Shown: one piece after another, positions 19,902 through 30,269 of the stretch
Layout of the letters: the number at the start of each line of letters is the position of its first letter
Position numbering within the stretch: the stretch's first letter is position 1
DNA from: Kiritimatiellaceae bacterium
Lineage (GTDB): Bacteria; Verrucomicrobiota; Kiritimatiellia; Kiritimatiellales; Pontiellaceae
NCBI GenBank assembly: GCA_002691095.1
Contig: NZGU01000028.1
Coordinates: 15,069 to 52,286, forward strand
DNA length: 37,218 nucleotides
Direction: 5' to 3'
Program-made: the position numbers and the translations under genes
Notes under the pieces: generated by a model
Told to the model about the DNA's origin: nothing
The model's database searches: none
The model's input: only the letters and a program-made list of their open reading frames with translations

Positions 19902-20599
19902 TGGTTATGTCCACCCGCCTTCTTGAAAAAACAATCGGCTACCGCTTTCGACGCAAGAAGTGGTTAGAACTAGCACTTACTCATCCCTCATACCGGCACG
20001 AGAACAGCGATCAACTCGAAGACAACCAACGCCTCGAATATCTGGGTGATGCCGTCCTCGGGCTACTAGCAGCACACGCACTCTATCAACGCAACCCCAA
20101 CGCCACCGAAGGCGAACTCTCCAAGCTACGCAGCGGCATCACCCGCGATGAAACCCTAGCCAACATCGCCGAAACAATTGATCTCGGTCGTCATCTTCGA
20201 TTCGGCAAAGGCGAAGCGCAAAACGGCGGCCCCTCCCGCAAATCCAATCTGGCCGATGCACTCGAAGCACTGCTGGGAGCCGCTTGGAAAGATGGCGGCC
20301 AACGTGCCGCCCAGAAAGTGTTTGATAACCTCTTTCCCGCCGTCATCAACAAGACCTCCAATACCAGCAGCGATCTGAATCCCAAAGGCACACTACAAGA
20401 ATACACCCAACAGCACAGCCTTCCGCAACCGACCTACGAATCCATCGCCACCGAAGGACCCGACCACAGTCCACAGCACACCATCCATGTTCACGTTTTC
20501 GATCAAATCTTCAGCGCTACCGCAGGAAGCAAACGTGAAGCCGAACAACGGGCAGCCGAGCAAGCTCTCTGCTCGATTCAGAACGAGAGTCCGCGTTAA
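19901..20599 (+). CDS. rnc: Ribonuclease III
   Basis: ALTHPSY, NQRLEYLGDAVL, LADALEALLGA, dsRBD NPKGTLQE...GSKREAEQRAA. ATG 19901 is in a TAATG overlap with the upstream stop. Confidence 0.95.
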   Translation: MVMSTRLLEKTIGYRFRRKKWLELALTHPSYRHENSDQLEDNQRLEYLGDAVLGLLAAHALYQRNPNATEGELSKLRSGITRDETLANIAETIDLGRHLRFGKGEAQNGGPSRKSNLADALEALLGAAWKDGGQRAAQKVFDNLFPAVINKTSNTSSDLNPKGTLQEYTQQHSLPQPTYESIATEGPDHSPQHTIHVHVFDQIFSATAGSKREAEQRAAEQALCSIQNESPR

Positions 20600-21360
20600 A
20601 AATTCGGCACGGCCGCCAACAGTTTTTTTGTATACGCATGCTGCGGATGGTCAATAACCTCTTCAACCCGCCCCGTCTCAACCACTACCCCATCAAGCAT
20701 AACCGCGACCCGGTCACATACATTACGGACAACTGCCAAATCATGACTAATAAATAGAAACGCTAATCCACGATCGCGCCGCAACTCCTCAAGCAACGCC
20801 AAAATATCAGCCTGAACCGAAACATCGAGTGCCGACACAGGCTCATCTGCAATAATCAACGACGGACTGAGCGTCAGCGCACGAGCAATACAGATGCGCT
20901 GTCGTTGCCCACCAGAAAACTCATGTGGGTAACGAGAAACTGTATCCTCAGGCAAACCGACCGAACGCAATAACGCCTTCGCCTGAGCCAACCGATCCTC
21001 ACCACTCGCCCCGATGCCATGCACCTCCATCACATCACATAACGCTGTGCCAATCTGCATCCGCGGATTCAACGAACCATATGGATCCTGAAAAACCATT
21101 TGCAAAGCTTGGCAGACCCTTTTCTGCTCAGCTTTTTTTAATCCAAAGATGGAGCGCCCCTCGAAACGAACGGAACCAGCTACCGCCGGAACCAACCCCA
21201 TCACCGCCTTACCTAAAGAACTTTTTCCACAACCACTCTCGCCCACCAGCCCTAGAATCTCCCCCGCTTCAATGTGCATCGAAACCCCGTTCACTGCCCG
21301 AACTTCGCGTCCCTTTTTGCCATAGACCACCTGCAAATCATCCATCTCAAGCAGCGCCAT
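20596..21360 (-). CDS. Peptide/nickel ABC transporter ATP-binding protein (OppF/DppF-like)
   Basis: GESGCGKS, QMVFQDP, YPHEFSGGQRQR, ADEPVSALD. ATG 21360 lies 5 nt after GGAGG; 21363 is an alternative start. Confidence 0.93.
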   Translation of the reverse strand: MALLEMDDLQVVYGKKGREVRAVNGVSMHIEAGEILGLVGESGCGKSSLGKAVMGLVPAVAGSVRFEGRSIFGLKKAEQKRVCQALQMVFQDPYGSLNPRMQIGTALCDVMEVHGIGASGEDRLAQAKALLRSVGLPEDTVSRYPHEFSGGQRQRICIARALTLSPSLIIADEPVSALDVSVQADILALLEELRRDRGLAFLFISHDLAVVRNVCDRVAVMLDGVVVETGRVEEVIDHPQHAYTKKLLAAVPNF

Positions 21361-22153
21361 CATGACCTCCTGACCGTTTGAGACGCGGAACGGCCGCCAT
21401 CAATGCCTGCGTGTAAGAATGTTCCGGACGTGTCAACACCTGCTCCGTTTGACCCGACTCCACCACTTTTCCTCGCTGCATCACATAGACCCGTTCCGCC
21501 AGATCGGATACGATACCAAAGTTGTGTGTAATTAAAAGCACCGCCAGCTCCTCCTCCTCCGTCAACCGCGCCAACAGGTTCAACACCTCCCGCTGAATCG
21601 TCACATCCAGTGCCGTTGTCGGCTCATCCGCGATTAACAAATCCGGCGCACATGCCACCGCCATGGCAATCATACAACGTTGCAGCTGCCCCCCACTCAT
21701 CTCATGCGGATACGCCCGCGCCAGCCGCTCTGGTAGCTGCACCCGATCCAGCAACCGTTTCACCTCACTCAGTGTGGCTCGATCTGGCCGATGCAGTTTC
21801 AACGCCTCCCGCACCTGCTGACCAATGGTAAAGACCGGATTAAACGAAACCATCGGCTCTTGAAAAATATACGAAATCCGTCCACCCCGAAGCGACCGTA
21901 ACGCCCGCTCACTCATGCTCAGCACATCCTCACCGTCAAACCGAATCGAACCACCGCCATATCGCGCCGCCCGCGGTGTGATTTTTGTCACCGCCAAAGC
22001 ACTCATACTCTTACCGCTTCCGCTCTCGCCCACCAACGCAACCGTCTCACCACGTCCCACCGAAAATGAAACCCCATCCACGGCCCGCACAGCCGTCTCC
22101 CCAGATCCAAATTGAATCTGCAAATCTTTCACCTCTAGCAGCCGCTCACTCAT
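21347..22153 (-). CDS. Peptide/nickel ABC transporter ATP-binding protein (OppD/DppD-like)
   Basis: [40 protein letters not shown] overlap with the upstream permease. Confidence 0.93.
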   Translation of the reverse strand: MSERLLEVKDLQIQFGSGETAVRAVDGVSFSVGRGETVALVGESGSGKSMSALAVTKITPRAARYGGGSIRFDGEDVLSMSERALRSLRGGRISYIFQEPMVSFNPVFTIGQQVREALKLHRPDRATLSEVKRLLDRVQLPERLARAYPHEMSGGQLQRCMIAMAVACAPDLLIADEPTTALDVTIQREVLNLLARLTEEEELAVLLITHNFGIVSDLAERVYVMQRGKVVESGQTEQVLTRPEHSYTQALMAAVPRLKRSGGHDGAA

Positions 22154-23043
22154 CACTCACTCAACCGCGGATCCAACGCATCCCGCAGCGCATCTCCCAA
22201 CAAATTAAACGCCAACACCAACAAAAACAGCGCCACCGTCACAAACGTCATCTCCCACCACATCCCCTGCCACAACCGCATCCGCGCCGCATCAATCATG
22301 ATTCCCCAGGAAGGCTCATCCTGAACCCCGATCCCCAAATAGCTCATAATCACTTCCGTTCCCACCGCCGCCGGAAAACGCAGCGTAAACGTTACGATTA
22401 CAATATGAAATATGTTGGGCAGAATATGCTTAAACATAATCCGACCCGGCCCAATACCCAGGGCCCGCGCCGCCTGTACATACGGTTGCTCCTTATGTTT
22501 CATCACCTCTGCCCGCACTAACCGACACAACCCCACCCACGTCGTCAGCCCAATCCCCAAATAGACCCCTAGCAGCCCCCGATCCGGCACCACCATCGCA
22601 ATCGCCAAAATAAACAACAGCCCCGGCATCGATGCCACTGTCGAATAGAACCAAACGATAAAATCATCCACTCGTCCCCCAAAGAATCCCGCCAAGCAAC
22701 CCAGCATTACCCCAATCGGAATCGCGATCAACGACGTGATAATCCCCACTTTAAACGCAATTCGAACCCCCTGAACCAATCGCGCCATCACATCCCGGCC
22801 CAATCCATCCGTTCCCATCCAGTGCCCCCACGATGGCGCTTGATAAGCCGATGCCAAATCAGTCTGTTGATAATGCGGTGTCAAATCGTTCCACGCATGG
22901 TACTGATGCACCGCCTCTCCATAGAGTCCCAATATCGTAAACAGTACCACCAGCCCCAAACAGACCATTGCCAATCGATCCTGTTTTAGCCGCAGCCACG
23001 CATCCGCCCACAATCCCTTTGACTCTCGCACGCGCCCACTCAT
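22153..23043 (-). CDS. Peptide ABC transporter permease (OppC/DppC-like)
   Basis: HWMGTDGLGRD, EAA loop YVQAARALG...KHILPN, AFNLLGDALRDALDPR. Confidence 0.93.
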   Translation of the reverse strand: MSGRVRESKGLWADAWLRLKQDRLAMVCLGLVVLFTILGLYGEAVHQYHAWNDLTPHYQQTDLASAYQAPSWGHWMGTDGLGRDVMARLVQGVRIAFKVGIITSLIAIPIGVMLGCLAGFFGGRVDDFIVWFYSTVASMPGLLFILAIAMVVPDRGLLGVYLGIGLTTWVGLCRLVRAEVMKHKEQPYVQAARALGIGPGRIMFKHILPNIFHIVIVTFTLRFPAAVGTEVIMSYLGIGVQDEPSWGIMIDAARMRLWQGMWWEMTFVTVALFLLVLAFNLLGDALRDALDPRLSE

Positions 23044-24308
23044 TTCAACGTCACCCTCGGATCAACGGCCGCATACACAATATCCGTTAACAAATTTGCC
23101 AACACAAACAACAGAGCCGCAATCAACACCAGCGCCCGTACCACATCCACGTCCGACGACAGAATCGCATTAATGCCCAAATAACCCAGCCCCGGAATCC
23201 CGAAAAAATTCTCCAGCAGCAGATTTCCCGTATACAAAAACGGAATCGCAATCACCACATTCGTCACAATCGGAATCAACGCATTCTTCAGCACATGTAC
23301 AAACAAAACTCGCTGCTTTGAAACCCCCTTTGCCACCGCCGTCCGCACATACTCCTGATACATCTCATCAAGCATAATCGTCCGATAAAAACGCACACTA
23401 CCGCCCAGCCCACTCACCACTCCAATCAACACCGGCAATAGCAAATAACGCGCCGACTCATACCCCCACACCGGAAACCAACCCAGCTTATATGCCAGCA
23501 GATACTGTCCCGCCACAATGTAGACCAGATAGTTAATACTCATCAAAGCCACCGAAAGCACCACCAGAAACCGATCCATAAATTGATTGCGAAAATAAGC
23601 ACACACCAACGAAAGCGCAATAGCCGTTAGCAGCCCCACCACAAAGATCGGAACCGAAAGTGCCAGCGACGGACCTATTCCATCCCGCAACAACTTCGCC
23701 ACCGGCTGTTTAAAAATGGACGACGTCCCAAAATCACCCCGCCCCAACTGAGCCAAATAAAAACTCAACTGCGACTCAAATGGATTCGACTGAATCCGCC
23801 GCAACCGCAAGCTCGAAAACGAAAAAGCCTTCTCACCTATAAACGCGCCCGCTTCCGCACCCGACAACTCCACCTCAAACCGCTTCCACGACTCCGAACT
23901 AAACACCACTCCACCAATCGACCCCACCCCCTGAAATCGACCCCGCCACACAAACCGATCCGCCTCGTTTAATCCAAACGCCAACGGATTAAACGACGCC
24001 CCGTCCTCCAGCAACACCGTGCCCACTGCCCGATCATACACCACACCTTCACCCCGCCAACGCCCCGCACCCGCCGTAAAATCCTGATCCTCATACGCCC
24101 GCGTCGATGCCCGAAATCCAAAAAACAACGGTCGGTTCAACCCCCGCTGCTCGTCAAACGACTCCAACATCTCCGGCGTCACATTCTTCCCCAGCGCAAT
24201 CGCCGCCAAATCATTCGGCACAATGTTAAACAAGAGAAACGTCAACAGCACAACACCCGCCACCGTCGGAAGCATCTGACCTATTCGCCGTAGACAATAA
24301 CCCCACAT
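23040..24308 (-). CDS. Peptide ABC transporter permease (OppB/DppB-like) with a large periplasmic insertion
   Basis: MWGYCLRR start at a TAATG overlap. GDFGTS, EYVRTAVAKG...HVLKNALIP, ENFFGIPGLG, NLLTDIVYAAVDPR. Confidence 0.92.
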   Translation of the reverse strand: MWGYCLRRIGQMLPTVAGVVLLTFLLFNIVPNDLAAIALGKNVTPEMLESFDEQRGLNRPLFFGFRASTRAYEDQDFTAGAGRWRGEGVVYDRAVGTVLLEDGASFNPLAFGLNEADRFVWRGRFQGVGSIGGVVFSSESWKRFEVELSGAEAGAFIGEKAFSFSSLRLRRIQSNPFESQLSFYLAQLGRGDFGTSSIFKQPVAKLLRDGIGPSLALSVPIFVVGLLTAIALSLVCAYFRNQFMDRFLVVLSVALMSINYLVYIVAGQYLLAYKLGWFPVWGYESARYLLLPVLIGVVSGLGGSVRFYRTIMLDEMYQEYVRTAVAKGVSKQRVLFVHVLKNALIPIVTNVVIAIPFLYTGNLLLENFFGIPGLGYLGINAILSSDVDVVRALVLIAALLFVLANLLTDIVYAAVDPRVTLK

Positions 24309-26179
24309 TAGAACGCTCCCCCCATATCCAATCCGCCCGAACCATTCTCCCCCACCCATTTGGCACGTTCGCGCACATCAACACCTCGATATTTTCCCAT
24401 TCCGTATGGAAACGCATGCGGCACATAATTCTTCACCCACTGCTGCACCAATCCAAACTGCATTGGCTGATAGAGAAAAATCCACGGACAATCCTCCACA
24501 ATAATGGCAGCCATTTCCTCTACCAACGCGGTTCGCTCATCCGAAATCGGCATCGTTCGAATCTGTTCATATAACCGATCGAATGCTTCATTTCGATAGT
24601 TTGAATGATTCGGTCCCGGCGACTCATTCTTGCTATAGAACAACTGTAGGAAATTCTCCGCATCCGGATAATCTGCCACCCAGCCCAATTGAAACAGTTG
24701 CGCCTGCCGTCGGTTCATCTTCTCGATAAATGCCGGCCATGTATTAAACGACGGCTTCAACACCACATTAATCTTGCGGAACATATCCGCCATTAGCTCC
24801 ATCATCTGCCGTGCATTACCCGACGCGCTCCCCAGCTCAATCGTGATTTCCAATCGCCGCCCCGTAGCCGGATCAATACCTCCCGGGTATCCCGCCTCTG
24901 CCAACAACGCTTCCGCCTGTTCCAAATTAAAGGAATAGGGCGACGCCTCCGACAAACTCCCCGTCAACGGCTGTGGAATCGGTCCCCCAATCGGATGCAA
25001 CCGCTGATTCATAAACGCATTCAACTGCTCAAAATCAAACGCACAACTCAACGCCTGCCGCAACTTTCGGTTCTGTAACCGCTGCGCCTCCGTCGCACCC
25101 TCACCCAAGACCGGATCATCCCAATTAAAACCCATATAAAACAGATTCAGCGTCGGCGAAGAGACCAACTTAATCTCCTTTTCGCCCAGCTCATCCGTCA
25201 ACGCCTTATCCGGCGTTATCACCGCATCCCAATTATCCCGAGAAATAGCTGAAACCCCCAACTGCCCCGAAAGAAACATCATCCACGACGTCGTGGAATC
25301 ATCGATCACATACTGCACAATCCGATCAATAAACGGCAGCTGCTTGCCCCCATCCTCCAATAATTTTGGATCCACCTCGTTGCCCCGCGCTTCTGTCGGA
25401 TAGAGCTCCACCCGTCCCGTCTCTGCCCACTTCGGATTTCGTTCAAACTCGATCCGTGAATTCCGACGCCACTTCACCAACCGATACGGCCCCGTTCCCA
25501 CCGGATGATTCACAAACTGCCGCCCATACCACTCAACCGCCTCGCGTGGCACCGCATAGCTATAGTGCATCGTCAAAATATAAAGAAGTTGCGGATACGG
25601 CTCCGTCAGCTCAATTCGTAGCATATACCGATCCAGCGCCCGCAGCCCCGCCACCTCCGCATCATAATCCGTTGCCGCCGGCTCCTTCGACCGATCATGA
25701 AACTCATTTAATCCCACAATCCGGTTATTAAATGCCCAAAACCCCGACGAACTATTCTTCACATCTGCCACCCGCTTAATCGAATAGACAAAATCTTCCG
25801 CCGTCAGCTCACGCCCCTTCCCCCCCTCAAAACAGGCATCATCCTGAAAATAGATACCCCGACGCAACCGAAACGTATAGACCAACCCATCCTCGCTCAC
25901 GGTCGGCATCGCCTCTGCCAGCAACGGAATCACCTCATACGGACGCGCCAAATAATCATACTGTAGCAACCCCTCGTATATTTTCGAAATCGCCATCGAA
26001 GAAGAAACCTCCCCCGAAACCGCCGGATCCAACCCCCGAATACGCGACGTCTGCGAAAAGCTCACCACCTCATCACGAACATCCTCTGTCCGCTCCCCAC
26101 AGCCCCACAGCAACAGACACGACAAAAGAGCCAACACCCTTTTGCCCTCTCCCCCACTACCGTAGAACCATCGAATCAT
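24308..26179 (-). CDS. Peptide ABC transporter substrate-binding lipoprotein (SBP family 5)
   Basis: Lipobox LWGC, LDPA, IYEGLLQYD, YTFRLRRG, PVGTGPY, GWVADYPD. Confidence 0.93.
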   Translation of the reverse strand: MIRWFYGSGGEGKRVLALLSCLLLWGCGERTEDVRDEVVSFSQTSRIRGLDPAVSGEVSSSMAISKIYEGLLQYDYLARPYEVIPLLAEAMPTVSEDGLVYTFRLRRGIYFQDDACFEGGKGRELTAEDFVYSIKRVADVKNSSSGFWAFNNRIVGLNEFHDRSKEPAATDYDAEVAGLRALDRYMLRIELTEPYPQLLYILTMHYSYAVPREAVEWYGRQFVNHPVGTGPYRLVKWRRNSRIEFERNPKWAETGRVELYPTEARGNEVDPKLLEDGGKQLPFIDRIVQYVIDDSTTSWMMFLSGQLGVSAISRDNWDAVITPDKALTDELGEKEIKLVSSPTLNLFYMGFNWDDPVLGEGATEAQRLQNRKLRQALSCAFDFEQLNAFMNQRLHPIGGPIPQPLTGSLSEASPYSFNLEQAEALLAEAGYPGGIDPATGRRLEITIELGSASGNARQMMELMADMFRKINVVLKPSFNTWPAFIEKMNRRQAQLFQLGWVADYPDAENFLQLFYSKNESPGPNHSNYRNEAFDRLYEQIRTMPISDERTALVEEMAAIIVEDCPWIFLYQPMQFGLVQQWVKNYVPHAFPYGMGKYRGVDVRERAKWVGENGSGGLDMGGAF

Positions 26180-26196
26180 CAGGCCGAACTCTCCCT

Positions 26197-26547
26197 CTAC
26201 GGAGTCTCCGCCGGTGCCTCCCCAAGCGGCTCCACCGAAATCGGCTCCAACGGAAGTGGTTGCACCTCCGCCACCGGATCACTCCCAACATCACTCATCA
26301 GCGAACGATCCTGTTGTGCGTATAGCACACCCAGCAACAACGCACACACCATAAACACCGCACCCAAAACAACGGTAGCCCGTGTCAGCACATTGCCCGC
26401 ACGCGCACCAAACAACGACTCACCCGTACTGGCACCAAACGCCATCCCCAGCCCCTCGCTTTTCGACCGCTGCAACAAAATCAGCCCGATCAACGACACA
26501 CTGCACAACACCAATACAATCAACAACAACGCTTTCATCACCAACAT
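26197..26547 (-). CDS. secG: Preprotein translocase subunit SecG
   Basis: LILLQRSKSEGLGMAFG...SLFGARAGNVLTRAT, two TM helices, located after tpiA. Confidence 0.93.
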   Translation of the reverse strand: MLVMKALLLIVLVLCSVSLIGLILLQRSKSEGLGMAFGASTGESLFGARAGNVLTRATVVLGAVFMVCALLLGVLYAQQDRSLMSDVGSDPVAEVQPLPLEPISVEPLGEAPAETP

Positions 26548-26565
26548 AATCTCACCTCTACAATC

Positions 26566-27327
26566 TTACGCTTCACTCGCCGCATCAATAATGCCCCCGA
26601 ACGACGCCGCGTCCAACGCCGCGCCACCAATCAAGCCACCATCAATATCCGGCTGGCCCAACAATTCCGCCGCATTCGCCGGCTTCATAGAACCCCCATA
26701 CTGAATTCGAACCGCGTTCGCCGCCTCGGCTCCCGCCAGTTCTCCGATCAACTTCCGAATAAATGCATGAACTTCCTGCGCTTGCTCCGCCGATGCCGTC
26801 TTGCCCGTTCCAATCGCCCACACCGGCTCATAGGCAATCACCAACTCCGTATACGCCGAGGGCTCCACGCCCTGCAAGCCACCGCGCAACTGCTGTTCAA
26901 CAACCTGCTCCATCGTGCCTGCTTCCCGCTGCTCCAACGTCTCACCCACACACAAAATCGGACGCAACTGCTTCTCCAGCGCCTTCAGCACCTTCCGGTT
27001 AATCTCACCATCCGTCTCACCAACATACTCCCGGCGCTCACTATGGCCCAAAATCACATATCGCACAAACAGCTCCTTCAGCATCCCATGTGCAATCTCG
27101 CCCGTAAAAGCGCCCCCATCTTCCGCCGACATATTCTGCGCCCCCAACCGAATCTGCGACTCCGAAACCACATCACTCACCGCCTTGGTCGACGTAAAAG
27201 GCGGGCACAACACAACATCCACTGCCGTCTGCTCCGCATAGCCCCGCATCAGCTCACCCGCCAGCTCTACCGCCTCCTCAACGGTCTTATTCATCTTCCA
27301 GTTGCCCGCAATAATCTTCTTTCTCAT
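26566..27327 (-). CDS. tpiA: Triosephosphate isomerase
   Basis: MRKKIIAGNWKMN, GAFTGE, ILGHSERR, IAYEPVWAIGTG, YGGS, DGGLIGGA. GGAG precedes ATG 27327. Confidence 0.97.
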   Translation of the reverse strand: MRKKIIAGNWKMNKTVEEAVELAGELMRGYAEQTAVDVVLCPPFTSTKAVSDVVSESQIRLGAQNMSAEDGGAFTGEIAHGMLKELFVRYVILGHSERREYVGETDGEINRKVLKALEKQLRPILCVGETLEQREAGTMEQVVEQQLRGGLQGVEPSAYTELVIAYEPVWAIGTGKTASAEQAQEVHAFIRKLIGELAGAEAANAVRIQYGGSMKPANAAELLGQPDIDGGLIGGAALDAASFGGIIDAASEA

Positions 27328-27498
27328 CAAATCGCTCCATTCGTTAATAACAGTCGCAAAAACTACCCAACCCAACCCAACGAAGCAATGACCAAACCGC
27401 AAAAACAAAACCCAACATGATGTTCGATCCATACAAATAAACGCCAGACAACCCCGGCAAAAAGCAGTAGATTCCTCACCAGATAAGGATTACACATC

Positions 27499-30264
27499 AT
27501 GGAAAAACGACTCTTTCTACTCGACGGCATGGCACTGATCTACCGCGCCTACTTCGCTTTCATCCGCAACCCGCGCATCACCAGCCAAGGCGAAGACGTC
27601 TCAGCGATCTTCGGGTTTCTCAACACCCTCTTCGATATTCAAAAAAAATACACTCCCACTCACCTTGCTGTTGCACTCGATGTCTCCGGTCCCACCTTCC
27701 GCCACGAACTCTACCCCGAATACAAAGCCAACCGCGACGAAACCCCCGAAGCAATCCGCTTCGCCATACCCGTCATTAAAGAACTACTCCAGATCCTAAA
27801 CATTCCCACCCTAGAGCTAGCCGGCTACGAAGCTGACGACATCATCGGCACCCTCGCCCGCCAAGCGCAACAGCACCAATACGAAACCTTCATGGTCACC
27901 CCCGATAAAGACTATGCTCAGCTCGTTGACGAAACCACCTACATGCTCAAACCCGGTCGCGGCGGAGGCGATCCCGAACTGCTCGACAAACAAACTATAT
28001 GCGAACAATGGAACATCAGCCGCATCGATCAAGTAATTGATGTGCTCGGCCTCGCTGGTGATACCTCCGACAACATACCCGGCGTCCCCGGCATCGGCCC
28101 CAAAACAGCCCAAAAGCTAATAGCCACCTACGATTCCGTCGAAAACATCCTCGCCAACACCGACAAACTGAAAGGCAAACAGAAAGAAAATCTCGAAACC
28201 TTCAAAGAACAAGCACTGCTCTCCAAAAAACTAGTCACCATCAACTGCGAAGTACCGCTCTCCCTCTCACCCGATCAACTCATCCCCGGCGAACCCAACC
28301 ATGAAGCCCTAAAATCGAAACTGGCAGCACTTGAATTTAAAACCATGCTCCGCCGCCTCTACGACGAACAGCCCATCGAATCCAGCGCACCAGTGCCAGC
28401 AGACGATCTCTTTGCTTCCGCCACCGAAACAGCTTCGGCCAGCACATCTGCCTTCAACACCCTAAACGACATATCCCACACCTACCACGCCGTTACCACT
28501 GCCGAACAACGCCAACAACTCGCCGCCCAACTCCTAAAACAGGAGCACGTCTGCTTTGATCTGGAAACGACATCCCTCGATGTGAAAGAAGCCCAGATAG
28601 TCGGCATCGCCTTTGCCATAAAACCGCACGAAGGCTGGTTTGTTCACCTCCCCACAGATCCCGACGAAAAACAAGCTGCGCTCCAGCCCTTCCTGCCTTT
28701 TTTTGAACATCCTGCCATCACCAAAATCGGCCAAAACCTAAAATACGACCTCAACGTCCTTTTCTGGAACGGCATCACCGTACACGGCACCATGATTGAT
28801 ACAATGGTCGCCCACTACCTCATCGATCCCGATCAACGACACAACATGGACCACATGGCCGAATCGATCCTAAACTACTCGCCCATTCCCATCACCGCGC
28901 TAATCGGCGAAAAAAAGAGAGGCCAAATCTCGATTGAAGACGTGCCGCTTGAACCGCTGGTCGAATATGCCGTGGAAGATGCCGACATCACCCTCCAGCT
29001 CTGGCAACACCTCAAAGAGCAACTCAGCACCAAACAGCTCGAAAACGTCTTTTTTGAAATTGAAATGCCGCTCCTCCCCGTCCTAGCCAACATGGAGCAA
29101 AACGGCATTATGCTCGACACCGAAACGCTCAAAAACCAATCCCTTCAAATCACACAAAAAATTGAAGCGCTTGAACAAAACATCCAGACACAAGCCGGTA
29201 TGCCCTTCAACATCAACTCTCCCAAGCAACTCGGCGAAATTCTCTTCGACCTATTGCGGATTGTAGAAAAGCCAAAAAAAACCAAAACCGGGCAGTATCA
29301 AACCAACGAAGAAGTACTCTCTGAACTGGCACCCAACCACCCCATTGTGCAGGAAATCCTACAGTACCGTCAGCTCGCCAAATTGAAAAATACCTATCTC
29401 GATGCCCTGCCCAATGATGTCTTCGCCGCAACCGGGCGCATCCACACCACCTTCTCACAAGCCGTCACGACCACCGGACGCCTCTCCTCCCAACATCCCA
29501 ACATCCAAAACATACCCATCCGCACCGAAGAGGGACGCCATATTCGACAAGCGTTCATCCCTCAGCCCGGATATACCTTACTTGCCTCCGACTACTCCCA
29601 GATCGAACTGCGCATCATGGCCGAACTCAGCGGCGACAAAGGACTTCAACAAGCCTTCCAGTCCGGTGAAGATATTCACGCCGCCACCGCCGCCCGTGTT
29701 TTTGATGTCTCGTTGACAGACGTCACACGCGAAATGCGCAGCAAAGCCAAAATGGTCAACTTTGGCATCATCTATGGTATCTCCGCATTTGGATTAGCTC
29801 AACGCCTCTCCATTCCACGAGGCGAGGCCGCCGAAATCATCAAGCAATATCAGCAGGCCTATCCGGGCGTGCAGGACTACCTCGATCAAACCATCGCCTT
29901 TGCCCAGCAGCACGAATATGTTGAAACCGTCACCGGACGCCGCCGTTACATCCGCGACATTAACGCAAAAAATAGAATGGTGCGTTCAGGTGCAGAACGA
30001 AATGCCATCAATGCCCCCATTCAGGGAACCGCCGCCGACATGATTAAAATCGCCATGATCCGCATCCAGAAAATATTGAAAGAGCAATCCGCCAAAACCA
30101 CCATGCTACTGCAAGTTCACGACGAACTTGTTTTCGAACTAGCACCCGACGAACAGGAGCAACTTATTCCCCTTATCGAAGCCGAAATGCAGCAAGCCAT
30201 TCCGATGAAAACACCCATTCTCATCGAATCCGGCATAGGCAATAACTGGCTGGAAGCCCACTAA
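27499..30264 (+). CDS. polA: DNA polymerase I
   Basis: 5'-3' exonuclease (LLDG, YKANR, EADD, GDTSDNIPGVPGIG), 3'-5' exonuclease motifs (FDLETT, NLKYD, YAVED), polymerase motifs DYSQIELR, KMVNFGIIYG, QVHDEL. Confidence 0.98.
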   Translation: MEKRLFLLDGMALIYRAYFAFIRNPRITSQGEDVSAIFGFLNTLFDIQKKYTPTHLAVALDVSGPTFRHELYPEYKANRDETPEAIRFAIPVIKELLQILNIPTLELAGYEADDIIGTLARQAQQHQYETFMVTPDKDYAQLVDETTYMLKPGRGGGDPELLDKQTICEQWNISRIDQVIDVLGLAGDTSDNIPGVPGIGPKTAQKLIATYDSVENILANTDKLKGKQKENLETFKEQALLSKKLVTINCEVPLSLSPDQLIPGEPNHEALKSKLAALEFKTMLRRLYDEQPIESSAPVPADDLFASATETASASTSAFNTLNDISHTYHAVTTAEQRQQLAAQLLKQEHVCFDLETTSLDVKEAQIVGIAFAIKPHEGWFVHLPTDPDEKQAALQPFLPFFEHPAITKIGQNLKYDLNVLFWNGITVHGTMIDTMVAHYLIDPDQRHNMDHMAESILNYSPIPITALIGEKKRGQISIEDVPLEPLVEYAVEDADITLQLWQHLKEQLSTKQLENVFFEIEMPLLPVLANMEQNGIMLDTETLKNQSLQITQKIEALEQNIQTQAGMPFNINSPKQLGEILFDLLRIVEKPKKTKTGQYQTNEEVLSELAPNHPIVQEILQYRQLAKLKNTYLDALPNDVFAATGRIHTTFSQAVTTTGRLSSQHPNIQNIPIRTEEGRHIRQAFIPQPGYTLLASDYSQIELRIMAELSGDKGLQQAFQSGEDIHAATAARVFDVSLTDVTREMRSKAKMVNFGIIYGISAFGLAQRLSIPRGEAAEIIKQYQQAYPGVQDYLDQTIAFAQQHEYVETVTGRRRYIRDINAKNRMVRSGAERNAINAPIQGTAADMIKIAMIRIQKILKEQSAKTTMLLQVHDELVFELAPDEQEQLIPLIEAEMQQAIPMKTPILIESGIGNNWLEAH

Positions 30265-30269
30265 TCAAG

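Noticed and set aside
27365-27381. (CCCAA)x3 microrepeat upstream of tpiA
   Set aside because: Very short and expected from the local C/A-rich strand bias.
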